64,000 nt of DNA. Origin: a virus. Its lineage: Duplodnaviria; Caudoviricetes. How positions within the stretch are numbered: the stretch's first letter is position 1; every line of letters begins with the position of its first letter. Shown one piece after another: positions 1 through 9,414 of this stretch. The stretch spans positions 1,688 to 65,687 of IMG/VR virus record IMGVR_UViG_3300037454_000974, one strand, 5' to 3'. The position numbers were made by a program, and so were the translations under genes. The notes below the pieces were generated by a model. It did no database searches. It was not told the origin of the DNA and saw only the letters and a program-made list of their open reading frames with translations.

Positions 1-171
1 ATGGCCTATCACCAAGAGCCCGACTATGAATAACGCCTTCGTCTCGAGTGTCAATCTTACTCTTAACAATAAGATAATCAATGCCCCTCTCGTCAAAGTT
101 GTGAGCCTTGGCAAGTAGGAGCATTGATTTGCCACTATTCATCGGAGAATAATAAAAATAGAGTTTCATGC

Positions 172-1230
172 TTAGAACGGTAAGTCTTCTGATTGCTCTT
201 CCTCCTCAATAGCCATTGCCTTCTTTGAGGCTTCTCTTATTTCAGTATTGGCTTCGTCGTTTTTAGCCTTGACAGCCTCTCTCTTACTGTTATCTTCATC
301 CTTTTTCTTTATCTTACTAATCCACTTACCGTGTATCTTATCAAAAAATGGAATTTCACCTTCACTGATAAGTTCAAGATATTCATAAGGCTTAACAGTA
401 AAGACATCGTACCACTTCTTTTCGTCGTCAATCCACTCGTCAAGTAAGTCATCGTCAGTTGAAACAGGCTTATTTTTGCCGTAATCAGCAATACTTATCG
501 AAGTCTTATTGGTACGCTTACCTTCCTTGTCGTAAACAGGCTTGATTGTTATCTTCAAATCCTTACCCTCATAAAGATCAAGAATGTTCTCGGGTGTAAA
601 ATCTTCAGGAACTGTTCCGCCGTTTTCTTCCTTAGCGACGTCTATGCTTTCCTGCTTACGTAACTCTTGTAAAGCCTTTATCTTGTGCATTGGATCCTCG
701 CCGTCTGAGCGTACGTTAAATTTCCAGAACTTCGGGCCGTCTTCCTCAGCATCACGTTCAATACAGCGTACAATGCAAACCTCTTGAGACTTGTATGACA
801 ATGAAAGATCACGATAACGCTTAATGTCAGCCTCAAGTTCGGCTTTCTTTGCATCATCGGTAGTTTCTGCTAAGGCTTTCTTAGCCTCACTCATCTGTTC
901 GTAATAAATGTGATTGAGTTCACAAAACGGGCACTTGTCACCATACTTCTCATGATCCACGTCCTCCTGTGCTAAGCAAACATAGGACTTCCAAGTGCTT
1001 GCGGAAATTTCCTTCGGCACCCGAACATTGTGCATCTTAATAATCTTGAAAGCGCTGGTTGATTCACCGTCGAATGGTAATAGGCGTATTTTTTTCTCTT
1101 TTTGATTTTCTGTGTCTTTTAATTTTACATCGAGATAATTTTTCTCGTTGAAACCTACGCCATAGGGTTTCTTTGTTCTTTCTTGCTGTTCGTCATCGTT
1201 TTCAAAACCGATGTTTCTTCTTTCGCTCAT
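172..1230 (-). CDS. Single-stranded DNA-binding protein, T4 gp32-like
   Basis: 352 aa; IRLLP motif, CPFCE zinc-binding motif, KFW, acidic tail ending EDLPF typical of phage SSBs. Confidence 0.75.
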   Translation of the reverse strand: MSERRNIGFENDDEQQERTKKPYGVGFNEKNYLDVKLKDTENQKEKKIRLLPFDGESTSAFKIIKMHNVRVPKEISASTWKSYVCLAQEDVDHEKYGDKCPFCELNHIYYEQMSEAKKALAETTDDAKKAELEADIKRYRDLSLSYKSQEVCIVRCIERDAEEDGPKFWKFNVRSDGEDPMHKIKALQELRKQESIDVAKEENGGTVPEDFTPENILDLYEGKDLKITIKPVYDKEGKRTNKTSISIADYGKNKPVSTDDDLLDEWIDDEKKWYDVFTVKPYEYLELISEGEIPFFDKIHGKWISKIKKKDEDNSKREAVKAKNDEANTEIREASKKAMAIEEEEQSEDLPF

Positions 1231-1314
1231 AAATTTTTCAAAGCATTTTTAAATATAGTTATTTTAAAATTTTTTCTGTACCAAACGTACAAAAATTATT
1301 ATTCACAAATTCAA

Positions 1315-1346
1315 TTTCTCGCCACTTTTCTCGCCACGTGGCGAGA
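1315..1346. repeat. Direct repeat plus perfect 18-bp palindrome upstream of SSB
   Basis: tttctcgccac at 1315-1325 and 1327-1337; palindrome tctcgccacgtggcgaga at 1329-1346. Confidence 0.8.
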
Positions 1347-1422
1347 TTTTTTAACATATATAAATACAAAAAAGGGTTCTCAAAAAGTATTGAAAACCCT
1401 CTTAAATTATGAAATAAAACGT

Positions 1423-2313
1423 TTAAAGTTTCATTATTTTGTCAAGTGTCTGATGATACATAAAGTCTTCATCGTCGAGTGAATCAGCGATTGCTTTCCA
1501 ATTAGTATCACCGTTAACGTCATTGGCTGTAATAACGTACTGTCCCTGATTTACACCATTTTCATCGTCCTCAGTTGAATAATTTGAAGTAGCCTCTTTT
1601 TCCTTCCAAAACTCCTCAGGAGTTACGTTGAAGGGGTAAGATTTTGCTGTCTGCATGCTGAGTTTTTCAACCTGTGTCGGGTTGCGTTTTTCAAATTCAG
1701 CCTTCAAATCCTCAATCTTTTCATCGTTGGAACGAAGGAGTTCTTCAAAAGCGCCGATAGCCTTGATAACCTTATCAAACTTATCACTTACCTTTGAAAC
1801 TTCATCTTCGATGTCTTCCTGTTTATCAGTAAGTTCAGTAACGTCAAGTACTTCATCGCCGGGTTGCTCTTGGTCGCCACCGCCGAAATCGGCTGCGCTT
1901 AAATCGCCCTGTGGATTAAAGCCCTCCGGTCCTGCTGCGGCAGCATCGCCGCCCATTGCACCCGGATCGCCACCCATGGCATTCGGGTCGCCTGCGGGAG
2001 CGCCACCCATTGCATTCGGGTCTGCTGCGCCGGGATCACCACCCATTGCACCCGGATCGCCACCTGCAGGAGCGCCGCCCATTGCATTAGGATCTGCGCC
2101 CGGATCGCCACCCATAGAACCCGGATCACCTGCGGGAGCACCACCCATTGCGTTAGGATCTGCGCCCGGATCCTGTTGTGCGTTGTCGTCAGCCTCGCCT
2201 ACGGTTAAACCCTTATTGAGATAAGTCATCTCATTGAGTCCAACACGTGCCTCATAGTCGCAAATAGTCTGAAATTTGCGAGCAATATCCTCATCTAAAA
2301 TATTCTTTTGCAT
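1423..2313 (-). CDS. Acidic protein with Gly/Pro/Asp repeats and C-terminal coiled coil, probably virion-associated
   Basis: 296 aa ORF; repeated GGDPGADPNAMGGAPA units; coiled-coil segment. Confidence 0.5.
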   Translation of the reverse strand: MQKNILDEDIARKFQTICDYEARVGLNEMTYLNKGLTVGEADDNAQQDPGADPNAMGGAPAGDPGSMGGDPGADPNAMGGAPAGGDPGAMGGDPGAADPNAMGGAPAGDPNAMGGDPGAMGGDAAAAGPEGFNPQGDLSAADFGGGDQEQPGDEVLDVTELTDKQEDIEDEVSKVSDKFDKVIKAIGAFEELLRSNDEKIEDLKAEFEKRNPTQVEKLSMQTAKSYPFNVTPEEFWKEKEATSNYSTEDDENGVNQGQYVITANDVNGDTNWKAIADSLDDEDFMYHQTLDKIMKL

Positions 2314-2469
2314 TATCCTAACAATATTTGCCTATTATCTTCGGTAAGGATTATTTTGTCGTCGTTCATCTTTTCCCTTTCTAAAAGTCCGGGTTCTTTT
2401 TTGATGTACTTCACATTTGAACTGCCAATGCCATCTATAAGAGACTTGGCCTCTGTTAACTTGTTAGTA

Positions 2470-2712
2470 TTAATTGGTTCCATTTTCTTCCGTGTTTTCT
2501 ATCTCGTTATTTTCAACCGTTTCCTCAATGGGGACAACGGTTTCCTGTATTTCTTCTTTTTTTGCTTTACGTTTACCTGATGCGGGCTTCTTTGCTGTTT
2601 TAGGGGTTTCTATTACTGCAGGCTCCGTCTTCACGATTTCCACAGTATCTTCTTTTCTTTTTAAGAAAACATGTTTAACCCTTTCATTTTGATTCCTTTT
2701 TCTTATAAACAT
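2470..2712 (-). CDS. Small hypothetical protein
   Basis: 80 aa ORF; TATTTATA motif just upstream on the coding strand. Confidence 0.55.
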   Translation of the reverse strand: MFIRKRNQNERVKHVFLKRKEDTVEIVKTEPAVIETPKTAKKPASGKRKAKKEEIQETVVPIEETVENNEIENTEENGTN

Positions 2713-2755
2713 GACTTAAAGTTTTTATTATAAATACTTTTAAGCCAATAAAAAG

Positions 2756-3439
2756 TCATTCAGTCTTTAAAAAATAGAGATATGGGAGATAAATCGAAAT
2801 GTTTGAAAAATATTTTTTCGTTTCGCGGAAAATGAAACTATCGCTTTCGATGGTAAAACAAGTATTATTAGATTTAATTTTATCAATAATTTTCTCGCGC
2901 TTTATACCAACATATTCGAGTTCATCAAGAGAAATTCCGAATACTATCTTTTTATCTGGGTTTGTGTTGGCATAAATATAGAGTTCTTTTTCATCAATAT
3001 AGACATATTTTCTGATTGAACTCTTGAAAAAACGTAGCAAACGTTTGATCTCGTTAAAATTTGTTCTGAATAAATCAAACGATGTATATTTGAAATTTTC
3101 CTTAATTTTATCAATAATTTTCTGATTAAATTCTTCTAAATCAGTTTCAAAATATTGACGGTTTTCTGTTTTCATGTATGTCCATGACAAATTATTATTT
3201 GGACTGCGATCAATAAAAGAAAGAGAATCACCAAGTATTTTCTTGGCATTCTCCTTTCCTATAATCAGCGTAGGCATATCGTCTTTCTCAGTATAGTCCT
3301 CTCGCTTTGCAACAAAATCGAGAGTCTTGAGATTTTTACTTTTTGTTATGATTCTGCCTAAATACATTTGCCGATTTTTTGCAAATGTACGAAAATTATT
3401 CTTTATTTTTGCAAGTAACGTCAGCGTCTTCCCGAACAT
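2756..3439 (-). CDS. Hypothetical protein (likely start at ATG 3367, MYLGRII)
   Basis: Long ORF colinear with neighbours. Confidence 0.6.
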   Translation of the reverse strand: MFGKTLTLLAKIKNNFRTFAKNRQMYLGRIITKSKNLKTLDFVAKREDYTEKDDMPTLIIGKENAKKILGDSLSFIDRSPNNNLSWTYMKTENRQYFETDLEEFNQKIIDKIKENFKYTSFDLFRTNFNEIKRLLRFFKSSIRKYVYIDEKELYIYANTNPDKKIVFGISLDELEYVGIKREKIIDKIKSNNTCFTIESDSFIFRETKKYFSNISIYLPYLYFLKTE

Positions 3440-4118
3440 TAACAGTTACTTCGATTGTTTTACACTCATCTTCGGGTACGTCCTCGGGTACGTCCTCGGG
3501 TAATTGTAATACTTCATCAGCGACAGAATAAGTTTCGTTTGGCATTTCTACGTAAATCGACTCAGACGCCATTTCATTTTCTTCTGCCGGCTTATCTTCT
3601 ATTGGATATGCTGTAATAACGGCGTAATCAACCGCTTTTTCACATTCATCCCTGAGATATTCAAAAAGCCCATTGATATCTTCTTGTTTTTTAGAAAACA
3701 TTTCGTTATTTTCATAATAATCATAAGGCTTTGTCATTGTGGCTATCGTAAAAAGTTGGTTTATGATATACGTTCTTGTATCTTCGATATCAGGCTCCTC
3801 CATATGCGAATATTCCCATCCGCAGAAAACGAGTTCCCCCTGGTCACGATAGTTACCGTCGGAAGTATCAAATTGTTTTGTTAACTGAACCTGTCTCTCA
3901 TGAACGTAGTAGTCCGCCAACTCACCAACATAACGTTCTATTTTAAATATGAAGTCGTTGAGAATTGCGTCATTTACCTTGTTAGGATCATTCTGACAGA
4001 ATACCATTACACGATATAAGATATGCTTCTCAGCATTCCTATTAAAACTAAAAATGTCCGGCGTTGCCCTGAATTTTTGAAAATTGTCTCTTGGCCTAAT
4101 ACGTAAACTGTATCCCAT
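3396..4118 (-). CDS. Hypothetical protein with PEDV repeats
   Basis: 240 aa ORF; acidic tail PEDVPEDVPEDE. Confidence 0.6.
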   Translation of the reverse strand: MGYSLRIRPRDNFQKFRATPDIFSFNRNAEKHILYRVMVFCQNDPNKVNDAILNDFIFKIERYVGELADYYVHERQVQLTKQFDTSDGNYRDQGELVFCGWEYSHMEEPDIEDTRTYIINQLFTIATMTKPYDYYENNEMFSKKQEDINGLFEYLRDECEKAVDYAVITAYPIEDKPAEENEMASESIYVEMPNETYSVADEVLQLPEDVPEDVPEDECKTIEVTVNVREDADVTCKNKE

Positions 4119-4159
4119 AATGTATCTTTTTATTTAAAGATATATTTAATTTTTAAAAA

Positions 4160-7100
4160 TTAAACCTTCAAATCAAAAACTTGATGTCTTTGTTCACCCG
4201 ATTCATTATATAGCCCAATATGAACCCATTGTGAGCCTTTACTATTTTTTTCAATTATACACTGATCAAAATGAACCCCATGATTTAAACAATATTCTCT
4301 TACTTGTTTTTGGAACTGCAGGAAAGAACCTTTTCCTGGTTGTAAATCAGCCGCGTAACCTAACCTATGAGCACTTGTTTTTGCGCCTCCCACGGCAGCA
4401 TTTAATTCAGGGCATCGGAATCCACTTGAGATAACAATCGGATAGCCTAAATAATCACGTAAGCCATCAAGCCAATATGCTAATTCTATTAAATGTTGAT
4501 ATTCAATAGTATTCGGAATATTTTTTATTCCTTTACTATTGGCAGTTGTGGAATATGTTAATTCTTCATAAGTAAACCACTTACTTATCTTTGTTCCTGA
4601 AACCACAAGCGGTGCCTCGGTTGTACCAGTATTAACAATATCCTTTGTTTGACTGCCATCACCGCCTGTAATACGTTCAACCATTTCTTCAATTTTCAAC
4701 GGGCACTTAACATATGGAACGGCATTCTTTGACATTCGTGTTCCAGAAAATTTAGTTGTCATATCGCCGGGCTTAATATGATGTTCAACCTTAGTAATCA
4801 TATAGGCGCCTTTAAATAACGGAATGTTGTTGAGTTGAAAATACATGGTTGGCATTATATTGGCACAGCCTAACATTTCAACATGGCAGTCATAACTACG
4901 ATTCGAGTATATTGAATACATATTTTGTCCCACAGTAACAGGTGAATTTACATCACCACGCTTTTCTTGGCCGGCCAACATAAATTTATTATATATACTA
5001 AAATCCGTCTGTCTCGGGCTATCCATATTAACACTGATATTCTTGAAATATGACTGATTTTGCCTTGCAAACGTTACACCGAATGCAGGAATCATTAGTT
5101 TTTCAATATTTCCGCCCTTGCTAAACACTTCACTTGCTTCCCTAGTTATAACTCCTAAGGTATCGGCTAAGTCATAGCCGTCGTCTCTATATCCAACGCC
5201 ATTTTTTTCATCTTCCTCTATGCCTAAATTGTGGCTTGCTTCGTGAGTATACATAAGAAGATACGTATTGCTTAATCTTCGTTCGCCACCATTGTCGCCG
5301 TCATAAATAAGATGCGGCTTAAACATCTCGTTTATTGTATTGGGGTTATGGAAATTATTATAAACCGGAAGCGCAATAAACAATAATTTATGCTTTTCGG
5401 CAATGTCTGAAATAAATTCAAGTGTACTACGGTTACGCTGTACGTCAGCATAGCCTATCTGTTCCATTAGAATATCATAGAGCACCTTGGTATCAACATA
5501 AAATGTCTGCCCAATTTCATTATAGAAAGAATCCATAAAAATGAAACTGTTATACTCTGTTCTTTGCTTAATAGTTAAACTACCACTTGTCTTTTGTTGT
5601 GAAATACTTCTATCAACGTCAGGAGAATTTAATAAAAAACGCTCCTTTGTAAGACAGCATAGCCATTTATCATAAAGTCCTTTTAACGTGTAGTATATTT
5701 CATTTTTAATTGTCTCGGCATCTTTTTCGCTTTCGGCCACTTCGTTTCTACCTTCCGGCTCTTCCTCATTAACGCTCGGATCAGCACTAAGTTTTTTATA
5801 AATCTCTTCAACAAATTTAGTTATAAGATAAAAGTTTAAATAAAAACTTTTTTTAAGTACTGATACCTGTATTGTATTAACTGTTTCTAAATAGAAATCA
5901 ATAAAAATATTCTGTAATTCTTTTGTTTTAATTACATCATAACAAATTGGCTCGGCCTTTCTTTGTTGTTCTTTTATATATTCACTAGTACTATATTTTT
6001 CAAAAATTTTATCTATTTCCTTAAATTCACTATTTACCCATTCAATAAATTCTGTTTTTAAAATTTCACCGCAAAACTCATCTATCTCTTCTATTGTTTT
6101 TTTATTAAAAGATTTAGCCGGTTTTTTACTTTTATCATATATGCCGTTTTTTGTAACCGTTATTTTGCCTTCTTTTATTTGGCTTCCTAAAAATAAGCGC
6201 ACAAATTTTGGCATCCTAAGAAAATACGTCTTTTCATCAATAAAATCTGTAATATCTGTTGTTCCAATTATAGTTGATAAAAAAATCGTGGCTCTTTCGG
6301 TAATATTAGATATTTTTCTAAAATTTTCTTCAAAATAAAGGTTTTTTATTTGTTTTTTATCAGTTCCAACCTGTAATGAAACAAACCGAACGCTTTCTTT
6401 TGACATGCCATTTGCTTTATCGATAACATTATTAATAATGCCAGAATAATTTTTATCGCCTATGTTGCCGCTATTGTAAGTTGGGCTAATACTGTTAGTA
6501 TACAAACGTAATCCCCCATACGAAAAACTTTCGTCTTTATTGTATGTCCATTTTTCAATGCCTTTCACTTTACCAAACTCTCCCGCAAACTCGCTATCGG
6601 AAAGTTTTGTTATATTTTTTATAGGATATGAACCTTTATAATATTTTAAACTATTTTGAAAATCTATTCTTTCTTTTCCTTCTGTATCCAAAGAATCATA
6701 TGCTTCATCCCTTTTTAAATCATAAACATTAGCAATTAACTCTTCAGGAAAATCTACTACAATGCGTTTAGTTGATATATCAGTTTTATATCTTTTCTTT
6801 AAAGTTTTATCGGAAAAGAATTTACATAAAATTTCACTTCTTTTATCAAATGTATTTGAATTAAATGTTTTTACTTCATTAAATAATCTTTTTTTATCGT
6901 CAATTGTTAAAACGCTAAAAAGATTATTTATCTCATTATTGAGAATTTCAAAATCTCCTTTTGCCGAAAAACCAATTTTGTCTATATCTTTTAAACTTTT
7001 GATGGCTAACGTGGTTAATATACGGTGTGTATAAACAATAACACTATCTTTCAGGAATTCCTGCCGATTTTCATTATCCTTAAGGCAATAATATGGGTTC

Positions 7101-9064
7101 TCACCATTGTATATAACATCTAACGGCGAAATGGCATTAAACCTTTGTATTACATCAAACGTGGGCGCCGTATTTCTATTCTCTGTTTCAGCACTAAACG
7201 TTTCATAAACTTTTGGAAGGCTCGCAATTCCCTGATATATCTGTTCTACAAAATCAACTTCCGCAAGATATCTGCCGTTACTTTTTTTATAATCGTTTGG
7301 ATACGACTTGTTTCTTAGTTTAGTTTCAGTATCGCGTTTGAAAAATCCGGTAAACGGCGGAAGATTGACTGAATCACCTTTTCCCTTAGTCATGATATCC
7401 GTACTTTCGGCAATATCAACAACAGGCTCAAGTCTGTCGTTGCGTCTTGAACTATTTAACATCTCCGTATTAACATTACTCAAGGTGCCATAGAACTGAC
7501 TCATATAACAATCTATATGAGCATATATCATACGAAATATATTCTCTAACGTAGGGACAAAACCTAAAACTGTTTTTGCTAACTCGTTATATTCTTCGGT
7601 ATTTTTTTCGAGGTTATCGTTTATTTCCTCTTCTAACTCCTTAATGCGTTCACGCACTCTTCCGAAAAAATCAGTAACACCTTCAAATTTTCTATAAACA
7701 ATGCAATAGAACGTCTGTAGCCTGTACGCGGTATTCTTTGAAACATCTGTTGAAAATACATTGGTTGTATCAGCCGTAATACTCTCATTAAAGGCGCGTA
7801 TGTCTTTTAACAAACCGCCAGAATAATGTATTATTTCAATATTTCCTTCATTTCCAATAGTTTTCAATTGAATAGGAGACGTAGATATAGCATCATTATC
7901 TTCCATATATTTATCAAGACAATAATTACCCTCTATATCTTCTTCATATTTAGCCTTGAAGTCATTATATGCCTTGATAATATTGTTATAGCCACCTTTA
8001 GGGATTGATAATTCTTTATTATCTTTTTTGAAAAGAATTATATAATCACCGGCATCTACTACCTCAGCATTACCTTCAGCAGCAAATATTCTTCTAATCT
8101 CGCGGTCATATTCATCTTTTGTTGAAATTATACTTTTAAGAAATGAAAGTTTACCTTTATTTTTAATAACTTCCGCAACGTTTTTAAAGCCGTTTCCGTT
8201 GGTTTTCATTGCAGTGGTAAAGGCATCATCAATGTTTCTGTATTTCTCAATGAATTTAATAAACGTCGGAATTTCGGTGCCGTCAATGAAGCGATACTTT
8301 CCACTATCTACACTATTTTGCCAATAATCATTTACGGCGTTATTTGAACCGCCTATATATGGAGCTATGATAAGATAGTTAAACGGTAAATCACTATAAA
8401 TGCCATACATGTGCCCAATGAATTTCACCGTTACATCAAAATTACCATTTGTTGAATTGAAACTTGCTTTAAAATCTTCGACGGAAAGAATAAAAGTTTC
8501 GCGGGTGCCATAAAATCCCTTTATGGTTAGATAAAATAAAGGGTATGGAAAATGAAACAGTGATCTGAAAAAATTTTCATAAGTTTCTGTTTTTTCTTTT
8601 CCCGCTTTTGCTGCAAGCCCTTCGGCATACGCTGACTCCTCGGGCATCATTAATGACGCACCCCTTACATCAGTAAACTTTATTGTAACCTGAGGAAAAA
8701 AATGAGAATCAAAATTGATATCAATAGACTCTACGCCTAAAAGTTCTCTTTCACCAGATTTGTTATTCTTAATCTCGCTATATGATACATTGACAAAAGA
8801 TGTAGACAAAAAATTATGTTTTTCGTCATCGCCAAACGGTTGCCCGCTAAAGAAAGAACGTTTAGGCTTAAGGAAAACAGTGCCCTCATCGGTGTAATCA
8901 CGCTTACCGCAATTATCCCTATCAGGTATAATTACTTGTATATCCACCGATATATTTAAATCTTCGGGGTTCCACGTCATATTATCCATAATGTTTCCAT
9001 TACGGATTGAAGCCAAATTATTAGGATCAACGTAAACCAGTCTGTCGTTGTTACTGTTTTCCAT
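4160..9064 (-). CDS. Large baseplate-hub/tail-associated protein with C-terminal peptidase M15A domain
   Basis: 1634 aa; C-terminus has SGFRCPELNAAVGGAKTSAHRLGYAAD and WVHIG (M15 zinc peptidase H-x6-D...H pattern); lies in tail module. Confidence 0.75.
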   Translation of the reverse strand: MENSNNDRLVYVDPNNLASIRNGNIMDNMTWNPEDLNISVDIQVIIPDRDNCGKRDYTDEGTVFLKPKRSFFSGQPFGDDEKHNFLSTSFVNVSYSEIKNNKSGERELLGVESIDINFDSHFFPQVTIKFTDVRGASLMMPEESAYAEGLAAKAGKEKTETYENFFRSLFHFPYPLFYLTIKGFYGTRETFILSVEDFKASFNSTNGNFDVTVKFIGHMYGIYSDLPFNYLIIAPYIGGSNNAVNDYWQNSVDSGKYRFIDGTEIPTFIKFIEKYRNIDDAFTTAMKTNGNGFKNVAEVIKNKGKLSFLKSIISTKDEYDREIRRIFAAEGNAEVVDAGDYIILFKKDNKELSIPKGGYNNIIKAYNDFKAKYEEDIEGNYCLDKYMEDNDAISTSPIQLKTIGNEGNIEIIHYSGGLLKDIRAFNESITADTTNVFSTDVSKNTAYRLQTFYCIVYRKFEGVTDFFGRVRERIKELEEEINDNLEKNTEEYNELAKTVLGFVPTLENIFRMIYAHIDCYMSQFYGTLSNVNTEMLNSSRRNDRLEPVVDIAESTDIMTKGKGDSVNLPPFTGFFKRDTETKLRNKSYPNDYKKSNGRYLAEVDFVEQIYQGIASLPKVYETFSAETENRNTAPTFDVIQRFNAISPLDVIYNGENPYYCLKDNENRQEFLKDSVIVYTHRILTTLAIKSLKDIDKIGFSAKGDFEILNNEINNLFSVLTIDDKKRLFNEVKTFNSNTFDKRSEILCKFFSDKTLKKRYKTDISTKRIVVDFPEELIANVYDLKRDEAYDSLDTEGKERIDFQNSLKYYKGSYPIKNITKLSDSEFAGEFGKVKGIEKWTYNKDESFSYGGLRLYTNSISPTYNSGNIGDKNYSGIINNVIDKANGMSKESVRFVSLQVGTDKKQIKNLYFEENFRKISNITERATIFLSTIIGTTDITDFIDEKTYFLRMPKFVRLFLGSQIKEGKITVTKNGIYDKSKKPAKSFNKKTIEEIDEFCGEILKTEFIEWVNSEFKEIDKIFEKYSTSEYIKEQQRKAEPICYDVIKTKELQNIFIDFYLETVNTIQVSVLKKSFYLNFYLITKFVEEIYKKLSADPSVNEEEPEGRNEVAESEKDAETIKNEIYYTLKGLYDKWLCCLTKERFLLNSPDVDRSISQQKTSGSLTIKQRTEYNSFIFMDSFYNEIGQTFYVDTKVLYDILMEQIGYADVQRNRSTLEFISDIAEKHKLLFIALPVYNNFHNPNTINEMFKPHLIYDGDNGGERRLSNTYLLMYTHEASHNLGIEEDEKNGVGYRDDGYDLADTLGVITREASEVFSKGGNIEKLMIPAFGVTFARQNQSYFKNISVNMDSPRQTDFSIYNKFMLAGQEKRGDVNSPVTVGQNMYSIYSNRSYDCHVEMLGCANIMPTMYFQLNNIPLFKGAYMITKVEHHIKPGDMTTKFSGTRMSKNAVPYVKCPLKIEEMVERITGGDGSQTKDIVNTGTTEAPLVVSGTKISKWFTYEELTYSTTANSKGIKNIPNTIEYQHLIELAYWLDGLRDYLGYPIVISSGFRCPELNAAVGGAKTSAHRLGYAADLQPGKGSFLQFQKQVREYCLNHGVHFDQCIIEKNSKGSQWVHIGLYNESGEQRHQVFDLKV

Positions 9065-9065
9065 T

Positions 9066-9383
9066 TTAATCTATTCCGTATAAGATATTTTGTCTATCTA
9101 TCAAGTTATTTAGATTTTCTAAAGTAATATTGAGAGGATACGGTATTCTCAATTCATATCCATCAGGTATTTTAAATTCTAAGCCGTCAAGTTCGGGATT
9201 AGCCATAAGAATAAGCCAATCATAACCTGGGTCACCGTAATAACCATACGATATTTTATCTAAACGAGATTGCCCCGCTATATATGTTTCAAAATAGTCG
9301 GTATCCTTTGGTTCAATTGACATAACGGCAGGAGTTAAAACCTTTCCATTAGTTCTGTATCTCTTATATCTATCGTATGACAT
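9066..9383 (-). CDS. Baseplate wedge/tail protein X-like (LysM-related, T4 gp53-like)
   Basis: RLDKISYGYYGDPGYDWLILMANP...LRIP motif. Confidence 0.7.
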   Translation of the reverse strand: MSYDRYKRYRTNGKVLTPAVMSIEPKDTDYFETYIAGQSRLDKISYGYYGDPGYDWLILMANPELDGLEFKIPDGYELRIPYPLNITLENLNNLIDRQNILYGID

Positions 9384-9414
9384 CTTTTTAAAAATATTCT
9401 TGAACTCTATTTAT

